Of a stretch of 64,000 nucleotides of DNA, positions 17,282 through 26,675 are shown piece by piece. Positions within the stretch are counted from its first letter, which is position 1. Each line of letters starts with the position of its first letter. The translations under genes were made by a program, and so were the position numbers. Source of the stretch: a virus (Duplodnaviria > Heunggongvirae > Uroviricota > Caudoviricetes); the IMG/VR virus record IMGVR_UViG_3300032038_000014, positions 1-64,000 of that record; one strand, given 5' to 3'. The notes under the pieces were generated by a model, which saw only the letters and a list, made by a program, of their open reading frames with translations, ran no database searches and was not told where the DNA came from.

Positions 17282-17310
17282 TTGATTTTTTTATAAAAAT
17301 ATATTATAAT
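17282..17310 (+). promoter_or_regulatory. Sigma70-like promoter after a terminator hairpin (17251-17274)
   Basis: ATAATTGCTATCACTAGCAATTAT hairpin; TTGATT at 17282-17287, 17 bp spacer, TATAAT at 17305-17310. Confidence 0.5.
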
Positions 17311-17359
17311 TATTATAGAAAATGAAAAATATGTAAAATAGAAAGAGGTGAGTTATTCT

Positions 17360-17740
17360 ATGAAAGATAAAAAAAGAAGAAAAGCACAAAGTAAAATTAA
17401 TAAAAGTGTAAGACTTCTTAATAAAAACATTCATGATGATTACCTTTGGCGTGGACGTTTTTATGTGCGTCAAACGGATGCTCATTGGGAACGTTTTGAA
17501 GATGGTTCTGGTGGAATTCTTACTGTATGGCTAGAAATTAGAGATAAAAAAACTGGCCGTTATATGGGATTTTCAGTAGATAATTATGCTTCTAGAGGTT
17601 GGAAACTTTTTGAAGCTGGAAATCAGTTTATTGCTGAATATTCTGGTGTATGGGATAATATTGATGCTGTAAAAGCAGATACAACAAATTGGGATAAAGT
17701 GGATTGGGTTCCAAAAGAAGAGATTTATTATAGGGGGTAA
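17360..17740 (+). CDS. Hypothetical protein (127 aa)
   Basis: ATG at 17360 with a GAAAGAGGTG RBS; the ORF-track GTG at 17348 is less likely. Confidence 0.45.
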   Translation: MKDKKRRKAQSKINKSVRLLNKNIHDDYLWRGRFYVRQTDAHWERFEDGSGGILTVWLEIRDKKTGRYMGFSVDNYASRGWKLFEAGNQFIAEYSGVWDNIDAVKADTTNWDKVDWVPKEEIYYRG

Positions 17741-17744
17741 TATT

Positions 17745-18479
17745 ATGGCAAAACATTATGCAATAGCAGATATTCATGGTATGTATGATATTTATACACA
17801 AGTATGTGATATGCTAGAGCCAGATGATGTCGTATATTTCCTTGGAGATGCTGGAGATCGTGGATATGATTGTTTCCGTTGTGTGAAAGAAATTTATGAG
17901 AATCCACAATGGATTTATATGAAAGGTAATCATGAAGATCTTATGGTTAAAGGACTTCGTGAACAAATGTATCATGGTCTTAAAGGAACTGAAGATTTTC
18001 AGCTTTGGCATTATAATGGTGGAGGAGCCACTTTTTATGATTGGGTAAATGATGGAGAAGATTGGACTTGGATAGAACGCCTTGATAGTTTACCAGTCCT
18101 TCTAGAATACACAAATCCAAAAGGAATCACTTTTCATATGAGCCATGCTGGTTATACCTGTGGTCATAAAGATGAAATGTGGAATGATGAATTAGTTTGG
18201 TCTAGAAATCATTTCGCAGATTCTTGGGACGGAGAATTTTATCCAAACGATATATGTATTCATGGTCATACTCCAATTGAATATCTAGTTAGAAAACTAA
18301 ACTGGCTCGAAAAAGGTACAAAACCTTATTATGTTGGACAACCAGAAGCAAGAAGTTATTGTAATGGACATAAGATTTGTATTGATAATGGAGTTTTTTA
18401 TACAAAATCAACTGTTTTATATGATTTAGATGAAATGGTAGCAATACCGCTATATAGCAATTCTGACTTTGAATGGTAG
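17745..18479 (+). CDS. PPP-family Ser/Thr phosphoprotein phosphatase (lambda-phosphatase / ApaH-like)
   Basis: GDIHG, GDAGDRGYD, GNHE motifs with the canonical spacing. Confidence 0.7.
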   Translation: MAKHYAIADIHGMYDIYTQVCDMLEPDDVVYFLGDAGDRGYDCFRCVKEIYENPQWIYMKGNHEDLMVKGLREQMYHGLKGTEDFQLWHYNGGGATFYDWVNDGEDWTWIERLDSLPVLLEYTNPKGITFHMSHAGYTCGHKDEMWNDELVWSRNHFADSWDGEFYPNDICIHGHTPIEYLVRKLNWLEKGTKPYYVGQPEARSYCNGHKICIDNGVFYTKSTVLYDLDEMVAIPLYSNSDFEW

Positions 18480-18488
18480 GAGGGAACC

Positions 18489-18773
18489 ATGGGAAGATCA
18501 AATGTAGAACAACATAAATTCTTTTGTATTCAGTGTGGGCAGGAGGGTATCCCACTAGCCCGCAAGAAAAATCGTAAGAGAGAGCGTTTTCATCGCAAAG
18601 TAATGTATTGTTATCATTGTCACGAAGATATTAATCATGTTGAATGTCGCGATGAAGAAGATATAAGAATTTTTAAAGAGAATTTTAGAAATGGGGTGTA
18701 TCAGAATGAGTGCAAAGAATCTTTGGATCATGTGCGGAATACCAGGCAGTGGCAAGTCAACTTGGTGCTCTAA
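18489..18773 (+). CDS. Zinc-ribbon protein (94 aa)
   Basis: CIQCG ... CYHCHEDINHVEC. Its 3' end overlaps the PNK gene by ~68 nt. Confidence 0.4.
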   Translation: MGRSNVEQHKFFCIQCGQEGIPLARKKNRKRERFHRKVMYCYHCHEDINHVECRDEEDIRIFKENFRNGVYQNECKESLDHVRNTRQWQVNLVL

Positions 18774-19209
18774 GGCTGCAAAAAAACCAGGAGCAATAAG
18801 AGTATCTCGTGACGTTATTCGTTTTAATATGCTTGAAGAAGATGAAGATTATTTTGCTCATGAGTTTGATGTATTTAGAGAATTTATTAAGCAGATTAAT
18901 GAAGGGTTAGCTGATGAAAAGGTTAAAGATATTTTTGTTGATGCAACTCATTTAAATGAAAAGTCTAGAAATAAGGTGCTTGATCGCCTTATTAATCTTG
19001 ATGGAGTAGCAATTAATGCGGTTAATTTCTTAATTGATTTCGATCTCGCGTGGGAAAGAAATAACTTGCGGAAAGGCCGCGCTGTGGTTCCATATGGTAA
19101 ACTTTGCGGTATGAATAAAATTTTCAATCCTGCAAAAGAAGGCGAAAAGTATCATTATGACAATATTATAAATATTAATGTTGCAAAGGACGGTGATGAA
19201 ATAGTATGA
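18706..19209 (+). CDS. Polynucleotide 5'-kinase (T4 Pnk-like P-loop kinase domain)
   Basis: IMCGIPGSGKSTW ... VSRDVIR parallels T4 Pnk TIGCPGSGKSTW ... NRDDYR. Start chosen at ATG 18706; the alternative is ATG 18691. Confidence 0.6.
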   Translation: MSAKNLWIMCGIPGSGKSTWCSKAAKKPGAIRVSRDVIRFNMLEEDEDYFAHEFDVFREFIKQINEGLADEKVKDIFVDATHLNEKSRNKVLDRLINLDGVAINAVNFLIDFDLAWERNNLRKGRAVVPYGKLCGMNKIFNPAKEGEKYHYDNIININVAKDGDEIV

Positions 19210-19760
19210 TATATGTAACTTCAGATTTGCATTTTTGTCATGATAGAGAATTTCTCTATAAGCCAAGAGGTTTTGACAATGTTTACGATATGAATAAAGC
19301 TATTGTTCAAAATTGGAATTCAATAGTACAGCCAGAAGATGATGTATATCTTCTTGGTGATATTATGTTGAATGATAATGAACTCGGTCGTAAACTGCTA
19401 TGCGATCTGAAAGGTAATATACATATTGTCATTGGAAATCATGATACAGATGCAAGAGTAGAAATTTACAATAACTGCTGGAATGTAGTAGAAATTGCTT
19501 ATGCTTTGAGATTGAAATATAGAAAACATACTTTCTTTCTTTCTCACTTCCCTTGTATGACCGCAAATCTTGAAAAAGAGTCTTTGCGTCAATGTACTTG
19601 CAATTTGTACGGACATACGCATCAAAGAACTAATTTTTATCAAGACATTCCATTTATGTATCATGTTGGAGTAGATTCTCATAATTGTACTCCAGTATCT
19701 ATGGATCAAGTCTTGTTAGATATGTATGCTAAAGCTGATGAATGTAAGAAACAGCTATGA
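19206..19760 (+). CDS. Calcineurin-like metallophosphoesterase (candidate 2',3'/3'-phosphatase partner of the kinase)
   Basis: SDLHF, GDIMLND, GNHD, GHTH motifs; translationally coupled to the kinase (ATGA overlap). Confidence 0.6.
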   Translation: MIYVTSDLHFCHDREFLYKPRGFDNVYDMNKAIVQNWNSIVQPEDDVYLLGDIMLNDNELGRKLLCDLKGNIHIVIGNHDTDARVEIYNNCWNVVEIAYALRLKYRKHTFFLSHFPCMTANLEKESLRQCTCNLYGHTHQRTNFYQDIPFMYHVGVDSHNCTPVSMDQVLLDMYAKADECKKQL

Positions 19761-19809
19761 CATAAATAAATAATTTTTACAACTTAATAAGAGAAAAAGG
19801 AGAAATTAG

Positions 19810-21201
19810 ATGAATTTTTTGACTAGTCATTTAACCCTAATTCCGATTGTTATAGTTGCCGTTTTGGTGATTATACTCCTAATTACAGGATATGTAAAAG
19901 CACCGCCTGATATGGCTTATATTATTTCAGGATTGCATAAAAAGCCTCGTATCCTTATAGGAAAAGCCGGAATTAAGATTCCATTCCTCGAGAGACTTGA
20001 TAAACTTTCTCTTGGAGCGATTCAGATTGATGTAAAAACTGGATCCGCCGTTCCAACAGCAGAGTATATCAATGTTAGAGTCGATTCGACGGTTTCAGTT
20101 CGAATTGGTCAAAGTCCAGAGATGATTACTCTTGCAGCACAAAACTTCTTAAATGTTGGAAGAGATGTAATTGCGGCCAAGGTCAATGATCTCCTCGAGG
20201 GTAACATTCGTGAGATTGTAGGCCAGATGAAACTGACAGAAATGGTAAGTGACCGAAAAGCATTTAGTGAAAAGGTACAAGAAAATGCTGTACCAGATCT
20301 TCAGCGCTTTGGTCTTGAACTAGTATCCTTCAATGTACAGAACTTCTCTGATGATAGTGATGTTATTAATAACCTCGGTATTGATAATGTATCACAGATT
20401 AGTAAGGCTGCAGCTATCGCTAAGTCTAATGCCGAACGAGAAGTTGAAGTTGCAAAAGCTGCCAATGCAAAGGCTGCGAATGATGCTAAAACGGACGCAG
20501 CAGAGCAGATTGCAATTCGAAATAATGACTTTGCAGTAAAGCAGGCAGAACTTCAGAAAATTGCTGATACACAGAAAGCACAGGCTGAAGCAGCTAAAGA
20601 TATTGAGGCAGAAAATCAGCGTAAAATTCGTGATGTTGCAGCAACAAATGCAGATATTGCGAAGGCTGAGCGTGAAGCAGATCTGAAACAAAAACAGATT
20701 GAACTGAAAGAGTATGAACTTGATGCTCTGGTTCGTAAGCAGGCTGATGCTGACAAATATGCTGCTGAACAGAAGGCTGCTGCAGATCTTATTCGTCGTC
20801 AGAAAGACGCAGAAGCTGCTGCATATGAAATTAAGCAGAAAGCAGATGCTCTAAAAGCAGAGGCTGAAGCTAAACGATTTGCAGCAGAGCAAGAGGCTGC
20901 AGGTATTGCCGCAGTTGGAGAAGCCGAAGCTACAGCCATTGAGAAAAAAGCAGAAGCACAGAAAAAGATGGGAGAGGCTTCAGTCCTCGACATGTATTTC
21001 CAGGTACTCCCAGAAATTGTTACCGCTGCTGCTCAACCTCTTGGCAATGTAGACGCAATCACTATGTATGGTGATGGAAATTCTACAAAACTCGTTAAGG
21101 ATGTTATGAATTCTACTAATCAAGTACTTGAGGCAATTAAGTCTACTACTGGAATTGATATTAACAATCTTATTAACGTAGTTTCTAAAACAAAAGAGTA
21201 A
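19810..21201 (+). CDS. SPFH/Band-7 (flotillin/YqiK-like) membrane protein
   Basis: N-terminal TM helix, PHB-domain core (ISGLHKKPRILIGKAGIKIPFLERL...), and a long Ala/Glu/Lys-rich flotillin-type coiled coil. Confidence 0.7.
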   Translation: MNFLTSHLTLIPIVIVAVLVIILLITGYVKAPPDMAYIISGLHKKPRILIGKAGIKIPFLERLDKLSLGAIQIDVKTGSAVPTAEYINVRVDSTVSVRIGQSPEMITLAAQNFLNVGRDVIAAKVNDLLEGNIREIVGQMKLTEMVSDRKAFSEKVQENAVPDLQRFGLELVSFNVQNFSDDSDVINNLGIDNVSQISKAAAIAKSNAEREVEVAKAANAKAANDAKTDAAEQIAIRNNDFAVKQAELQKIADTQKAQAEAAKDIEAENQRKIRDVAATNADIAKAEREADLKQKQIELKEYELDALVRKQADADKYAAEQKAAADLIRRQKDAEAAAYEIKQKADALKAEAEAKRFAAEQEAAGIAAVGEAEATAIEKKAEAQKKMGEASVLDMYFQVLPEIVTAAAQPLGNVDAITMYGDGNSTKLVKDVMNSTNQVLEAIKSTTGIDINNLINVVSKTKE

Positions 21202-21265
21202 AAATTAAAACTTAATTTAATATTTAGTTTAAAGCCTAGAAGTATTACTTCTGGGCTTATTGTCG

Positions 21266-21294
21266 TTGACTTATATTATTTTTTATGGTATAAT
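21266..21294 (+). promoter_or_regulatory. Consensus sigma70 promoter
   Basis: TTGACT at 21266-21271, 17 bp spacer, TATAAT at 21289-21294; preceded by the AGCCTAGAAGTA...TACTTCTGGGCT hairpin. Confidence 0.55.
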
Positions 21295-21316
21295 TAATCA
21301 ATGAAGGAGAGAACAT

Positions 21317-21400
21317 ATGATTATTAAACTATTTGGAGGCACCATAATTTCTATTTTATGGCTTGCCCTAATTATTTATGTAATTAATGGAGAAGAATAA
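21317..21400 (+). CDS. Putative 27-aa membrane micropeptide
   Basis: GAAGGAG RBS, then MIIKLFGGTIISILWLALIIYVINGEE; the stop overlaps the start of the next gene. Confidence 0.3.
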   Translation: MIIKLFGGTIISILWLALIIYVINGEE

Positions 21401-21841
21401 ATGAAAAATGAACCTATGTTTGAATGGGACCCAGAATCAGGTACAGCAACCTGTGTTTTAACAGATGGGCAAAATATTTTTTTAGGAATTGCTACATGCG
21501 GACCGGAGGATCGAGACATGATGAACGAGAAAACTGGTTGTCAAATTGCTATGCAGCGAGCCAAAATTGATTATTTAAAGCATATCCGAGATAATGAATT
21601 AAAACCACGATTATCTGCTTTAAAACAATTATATTATAGTATAAATAAAAGTAAACATTTTAATGAAAATGCTTATGAAACTAAAATGTTGTGTAGACAG
21701 ATATATCTGACTAAATCTGACTTAGATATGATTAAAGACGAAATAACTCAAACAAAGCAAGAATTAAAACTCTATCTTGAAGAAAAAGGTAAATTTTATC
21801 AGAGAATTAGAGAGCAACGCCAAAAGGACAAAAATAATTAA
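21401..21841 (+). CDS. Hypothetical protein (146 aa)
   Basis: ORF with an RBS; coiled-coil C-terminus. Confidence 0.45.
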   Translation: MKNEPMFEWDPESGTATCVLTDGQNIFLGIATCGPEDRDMMNEKTGCQIAMQRAKIDYLKHIRDNELKPRLSALKQLYYSINKSKHFNENAYETKMLCRQIYLTKSDLDMIKDEITQTKQELKLYLEEKGKFYQRIREQRQKDKNN

Positions 21842-21898
21842 AAAACTATCATTATTCTTCATATCCCAATAGGGAACCTTTTAAAAGGAGGGAAGAAT

Positions 21899-22135
21899 AT
21901 GATTCAATATTTCGTATTAGGAGTGTTAACAGTCTATATTGTACTTCCCATCATCGACTCAGTTCTTGGTATTATTCTTAGCTTATTAGAAGTTATTAAA
22001 GGGTTATTAGCTTTAAAAGTAGCAGATATTAATGCTAAAATAATAACCACAGAAGATCCTTATGCAACCCGCAATCCAATTGGGTTCTTAAGTCACATTG
22101 AAGAAGAAGCGGAGGAATATGATAGTGAAGCATAA
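21899..22135 (+). CDS. Small membrane protein (78 aa)
   Basis: AAGGAGGG RBS; one or two hydrophobic helices and an acidic tail. Confidence 0.45.
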   Translation: MIQYFVLGVLTVYIVLPIIDSVLGIILSLLEVIKGLLALKVADINAKIITTEDPYATRNPIGFLSHIEEEAEEYDSEA

Positions 22136-23369
22136 GTTTTACGACACAAGCAGTTTATTGGAACAAGTTCAAAATCCATTCCAGGAGGAAGATGAACTAA
22201 TCCACATTTCTTCTATCACGCTTGAAGAATTAGAAAATATAAAAACTGCTGCCAATAAAGATTTTGAAATTAAATATAGAGCAAATCAACTAGTAAAATT
22301 ACTAGATAAAAATGAAGATAAATATATATGTCATATATTTACAACTGATCTGCTTGATATTATTACAGCAAATGCTTTAAGTGCTAATAATGATGCAAAA
22401 ATTTTAGCAACTGCAATTGAAGCTCAAAAACAATATCCAGATTTAATCTTTGTAACTAATGACATGTGTTTAAAAAGGATTGCAAGATTATTCTTTTTGC
22501 AAGTAGAATCTGTAACTGAAAAAGAAGATACTTATTACGGATATATTGAAAAATCATTAAATGAAGAAGAAATGGCATGGTTTTATTCTCATTTAAATGA
22601 AAATATTTATGAATTAAAAATAAATGAATATTTAATTATTAAAGATGCTAATAGCGGAGAAGTCGTAGATTCTAGATGCTGGACAGGAGAAGAATATCGT
22701 ACTTTGAGATATTTTAATTGTGAATCTAAATGGTTTGGTAAAGTAAAACCAAAAGCCGGAGATACTCCACAAGCTATGGTATTAGATAGTTTTACAAATA
22801 ATCGTATTACCTTGGTAAAAGGACCTGCGGGATCTGGAAAAACTTTCTTAAGTTTAGGGTTTTTAATGCATATGCTTGAAAAAGGAAAGATTGATAAAAT
22901 TGTAATATTCTGTAATACAGTAGCAACTAAACATTCAGCTAAATTAGGATATTATCCAGGAGATAAAGATGAAAAACTTCTTGATTCTCAAATTGGAAAT
23001 CTTTTAATTAGTAAATTTGGTAGTCGTATTGAAGTAGAAAGATTAATGGTTGATGAAAAATTAATTTTGTTACCATTTTCTGATATTAGAGGTTACGATA
23101 CTTCTGGAATGAATGCGGGAGTCTATATATCTGAAGCTCAAAACTTGGATATTGATTTAATGAAACTCGCACTTCAAAGAGTCGGAGAAGACTGTATTGT
23201 TATTATAGATGGTGATGAAAAAACACAAGTGGATGATATTAACTTTGCGGGACATCGTAATGGTATGAGACGAGTTTCTCAAGTATATAGAGGTGAAGAT
23301 CTATATGGAGAAGTTACTTTAACAAAAATTCATCGTTCTCGTATCGGTCAAATTGCAGAGAAAATGTAA
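22119..23369 (+). CDS. PIN-domain + PhoH-like ATPase (PhoH2-type)
   Basis: PIN-like N-terminus (FYDTSSLL ... FVTNDMCLKRIA); PhoH Walker A LVKGPAGSGKTFL. Start ambiguous (ATG 22119, GTG 22125, TTG 22098). Confidence 0.7.
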   Translation: MIVKHKFYDTSSLLEQVQNPFQEEDELIHISSITLEELENIKTAANKDFEIKYRANQLVKLLDKNEDKYICHIFTTDLLDIITANALSANNDAKILATAIEAQKQYPDLIFVTNDMCLKRIARLFFLQVESVTEKEDTYYGYIEKSLNEEEMAWFYSHLNENIYELKINEYLIIKDANSGEVVDSRCWTGEEYRTLRYFNCESKWFGKVKPKAGDTPQAMVLDSFTNNRITLVKGPAGSGKTFLSLGFLMHMLEKGKIDKIVIFCNTVATKHSAKLGYYPGDKDEKLLDSQIGNLLISKFGSRIEVERLMVDEKLILLPFSDIRGYDTSGMNAGVYISEAQNLDIDLMKLALQRVGEDCIVIIDGDEKTQVDDINFAGHRNGMRRVSQVYRGEDLYGEVTLTKIHRSRIGQIAEKM

Positions 23370-23415
23370 ATAAAAATTTCAGAGTGTCTGAAGTTTTTAT
23401 CGAAAGGAGATATAG

Positions 23416-24630
23416 ATGAAGTATAAAGTAAAAAAGAAAACAAAATTTGTAAAAGGTGACTTAGTAGACTTCATCGGAAAAAGACACTATACTACCTCTA
23501 ATGGAAAAGTATATTTTAGTGTTGGACCTGGCGTTGCTAAAGTCACAGCAGTATCAAAAGATGCTAAACATCCTTATCATTTAGTTGCTACTGAAAATAG
23601 TAAGTCTAAAGTAGATGGATGGGTAGAAGAAAAAGATATTCAAGGTATTCATAAAACTGAATCTATTAAACCAGTATCTTTTGAAAACAATAAAAAAGTA
23701 AAAATATGTACAGCTGCAGCTAAAGATGAAAATATTGAAATTGAGGCTTTTGATTGGATTAATGCAGGATGGATTGCAGTTTGTCGTCCAAAAAAGAGCG
23801 AAGAAGCTGAAGCATTAGCTAAAGCTGCAGAAACTTGTTGTGCTAAAAAGAATATTGAAGATATTAAAATGACAACTACTGTTTTATTAGATATATGCAC
23901 AGAAGCTGCAAGCCTTCCAATTAATGGAAATATTAATAAAAACAGTTTAGTTAATAGTGGAATGTTTAATGCATTTACTAGTGATGATTATCTTAAATCT
24001 GCTGATTATTTAAGACGTGGAGACATTCTTTTAAGTGGAACAAATAGTGCAATTGTCCTTTCTAATGGTAAAAAGAGTAAAGAGCTTGCTCGTACTGTAA
24101 ATCCAGAAGAGAAAAAGAAAAATGAAAGTTTAGTTGGTAAAGGAATCGGTTTTGTATCTGCTAGTGAAAATATTGTAGTATATTCTGGAGCAGATAAGAA
24201 ATTTGCTATTATTGGTTCTCTCGCGGCTAATACTAAAGCAGAAGCACTTGCTGTTGATATTAATAATTGGTATAGAATTGTATGGGTTGATAATGATTTA
24301 GGTTATGCATATGTTTGCGGCGATGATGTAAAATATGAAGAAAAGCCTAAAGCTAAAAAAGAGCCAATGGAAATTATAAATGCATTGGGAGCTCCAGCAG
24401 AAAAAGATAATGAAATTGCTGGATCTTATAAGGCTGTAGTACCAATTCATATGAGAGCTGATGCTGGTATCCAAGCACCATTACTTGCTAAATTACCAAA
24501 AGGAATTATTGTTGAAAACTATGGATATTATACTGAAATAGATAATGTAAAATGGTTATATGTTCAAGCAACTTATAAAAATACTGTTTATAATGGATTT
24601 GTATCTAGTAACTGTTTTATAGATAATTAA
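23416..24630 (+). CDS. Hypothetical protein with SH3b-like terminal domains (404 aa)
   Basis: GAAAGGAG RBS; Lys-rich N-terminus; no catalytic motif seen. Confidence 0.4.
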   Translation: MKYKVKKKTKFVKGDLVDFIGKRHYTTSNGKVYFSVGPGVAKVTAVSKDAKHPYHLVATENSKSKVDGWVEEKDIQGIHKTESIKPVSFENNKKVKICTAAAKDENIEIEAFDWINAGWIAVCRPKKSEEAEALAKAAETCCAKKNIEDIKMTTTVLLDICTEAASLPINGNINKNSLVNSGMFNAFTSDDYLKSADYLRRGDILLSGTNSAIVLSNGKKSKELARTVNPEEKKKNESLVGKGIGFVSASENIVVYSGADKKFAIIGSLAANTKAEALAVDINNWYRIVWVDNDLGYAYVCGDDVKYEEKPKAKKEPMEIINALGAPAEKDNEIAGSYKAVVPIHMRADAGIQAPLLAKLPKGIIVENYGYYTEIDNVKWLYVQATYKNTVYNGFVSSNCFIDN

Positions 24631-24636
24631 AAATTT

Positions 24637-24673
24637 GCCCCAGAGAGTTTAAGTACTCTCTGGGGCTTTTTTT
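24637..24673 (+). terminator. Rho-independent terminator
   Basis: GCCCCAGAGAG tttaagtac CTCTCTGGGGC, then TTTTTTT. Confidence 0.65.
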
Positions 24674-24675
24674 AG

Positions 24676-24704
24676 TTGAAAAATTAAAAATTTTTTGATA
24701 TAAT
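24676..24704 (+). promoter_or_regulatory. Sigma70-like promoter for the replication module
   Basis: TTGAAA at 24676-24681, 17 bp spacer, TGATATAAT with TATAAT at 24699-24704. Confidence 0.5.
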
Positions 24705-24749
24705 ATATATATAATAAGGAATAATATAAAAATTTATTAGGTGTATTAA

Positions 24750-26675
24750 ATGAAAAAGAAACAAGATATTTTGAATTATGGAGTTGAAGATATTAAAACT
24801 CTTGAAGGTATTGAAGCTATAAGATTGCGACCTGGTATGTATATCGGTTCAGTTGGCCCATCTGGAGTAAAACAGATAACCCTTGAAATTATATCTAATG
24901 CTGTAGATGAATATTTAAATGGGTATTGTACAGAATGTTCAGTAATCATTGGAAAAGACAACGATGTAGATATAATTGATAATGGTCGAGGTGTTCCATT
25001 CGGTCCTGCAGAAGATGGCTCTGAGACTTTAGTTAATATCTTTACTAAACTTCATACTGGAGCTAAATTTGATAGTGATGGTAAAACTGGATATAATACA
25101 TCTGGAGGAATGAATGGAGTAGGTGCAAAAGCGACTAATGCTCTTTCTTTTTTCTTTAATGTAAGTTCAATTAGAGATGGTAAAAGATGTATTGCTCATT
25201 TTGAAAAAGGTGAATTAAAAAGTAAGGTTAGTGTAGAAAAATGGCCTGCTTCAAATCCTTATCAACATGGAACAAGAATTCAGTTTTTACCAGATGAAGA
25301 GATTTTTAAAGAAGGAATTGAATTAGATTATAAAGATTTAAGAAAAACACTTCAAGAATTAGCTTATTTATCACCTGGATTAGTTTTTACTTTAAAATAT
25401 AAAGATAAACCTGAAGAAGTAATTACTTCTAAAAATGGTATTTTAGATTATATTAAAGATTTAAATGCCAATAAGAATGTATTAACTTCTACTTTTTATG
25501 CTGAAACTTTAGAGGATAAAATTGGTGTTAAAATAGCTATGGAGTATAATGATAATTATACTGATACTTATAGACTTTATACTAATTCTATACCTAACAC
25601 AGCTGGAACTCATTTAACAGGATTTAGAACAGCTCTTACGCAGCAAATTAACGAGTATGCAAGAGCTAATGGACTTTTAAAGGAAAAAGATGCGAATATT
25701 ACTGGTGATGAATTAAAAGAAGGATTAACTCTTGTTCTCTCCTTTATCATGCCAGACCCAGTATTTAGTGGTCAAACTAAGGAGGTTCTATCCAGTAGTG
25801 AGGCGAGAACCGCAGTTCAAAGATTAACAGCTAAAGAACTTGCAACTTGGTTCAATTCTAATCCAAAAGATGCTAAAGCTATAATTGACAAGGCGCTTTT
25901 GGCTCGGGCGGCAAGAGAAAAAGCAAAGAAAGCTAAAGAAACTGTGCGGAAAGCCGATGTGAAGAAGCGTGCGGTGATGCCTGGAACCCTCGCAGATGCT
26001 AGCTCTAAGAATCGTAAAGACTGTGAAGTCTTTATAGTAGAGGGTAAATCTGCTGCTGGTTCAACTAAAGAAGCTAGAAATAGAACTACTCAAGCAGTAT
26101 TTCCAGTTCGAGGAAAAATTCTGAATGTTCTTAAAGCCGATTTGCATAAAGCTATGAAAAATGCTGAAATTGATGGCATGATTAATGCTTTTGGCTTAGA
26201 GGTTAAAGATGGCAAAGTTATTGTAGATGAAGATAAACTTCGTTATGGTAAAATTGTAATCACAGCTGATGCGGATGTTGATGGTAGTCACATTAGAGCA
26301 TTATTTCTTACTTTTATTTGGAAATTTGCTCCAGAATTAATTGAAAAAGGATATATATATGCTGCAGTTCCTCCTTTGTATAAAATTACACAAGGAACGA
26401 AAATTCAGTATCTTAAAGACGATGCAGCTTTAGAAGAATTTAGAAAATCAACGAAACGATCTTTTGATCTAGGCCGCATGAAAGGTCTTGGAGAGATGGA
26501 TCCATCGGAGATGGCTGAAACAGTAATGAATCCAGAAACAAGAACTCTTAAACAAATCACAATGGAAAACGCAGAAGAGGCTGCAAAAGTATTTTTGAAT
26601 CTAATGGGAGAAAGTACTGAGCCTAGAAAAAGATTTATATCTGAAAATGCGGGAAAGGCGAACATAGATGTCTAA
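24750..26675 (+). CDS. gyrB: Type IIA topoisomerase ATPase subunit (GyrB/ParE-like)
   Basis: GHKL ATPase N-terminus (EAIRLRPGMYIGS, ISNAVDE), Toprim (EVFIVEGKSAAGS ... ADADVDGSHI), and the PLxGKxLN-like FPVRGKILNV. Confidence 0.85.
   Translation: MKKKQDILNYGVEDIKTLEGIEAIRLRPGMYIGSVGPSGVKQITLEIISNAVDEYLNGYCTECSVIIGKDNDVDIIDNGRGVPFGPAEDGSETLVNIFTKLHTGAKFDSDGKTGYNTSGGMNGVGAKATNALSFFFNVSSIRDGKRCIAHFEKGELKSKVSVEKWPASNPYQHGTRIQFLPDEEIFKEGIELDYKDLRKTLQELAYLSPGLVFTLKYKDKPEEVITSKNGILDYIKDLNANKNVLTSTFYAETLEDKIGVKIAMEYNDNYTDTYRLYTNSIPNTAGTHLTGFRTALTQQINEYARANGLLKEKDANITGDELKEGLTLVLSFIMPDPVFSGQTKEVLSSSEARTAVQRLTAKELATWFNSNPKDAKAIIDKALLARAAREKAKKAKETVRKADVKKRAVMPGTLADASSKNRKDCEVFIVEGKSAAGSTKEARNRTTQAVFPVRGKILNVLKADLHKAMKNAEIDGMINAFGLEVKDGKVIVDEDKLRYGKIVITADADVDGSHIRALFLTFIWKFAPELIEKGYIYAAVPPLYKITQGTKIQYLKDDAALEEFRKSTKRSFDLGRMKGLGEMDPSEMAETVMNPETRTLKQITMENAEEAAKVFLNLMGESTEPRKRFISENAGKANIDV

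Noticed and set aside
20333-20993. ORFs 20333..20539 (+), 20392..20691 (-) and 20799..20993 (-) within the flotillin gene
   Set aside because: They are shadow ORFs generated by the repetitive GCA/GAA-rich coiled-coil coding region.
20380-21000. Apparent low-complexity DNA repeat (gctgaagc / gcagaagc units)
   Set aside because: It encodes the Ala/Glu/Lys-rich flotillin coiled coil. It is not a CRISPR or satellite repeat, has no regular spacer-repeat periodicity and no cas genes.
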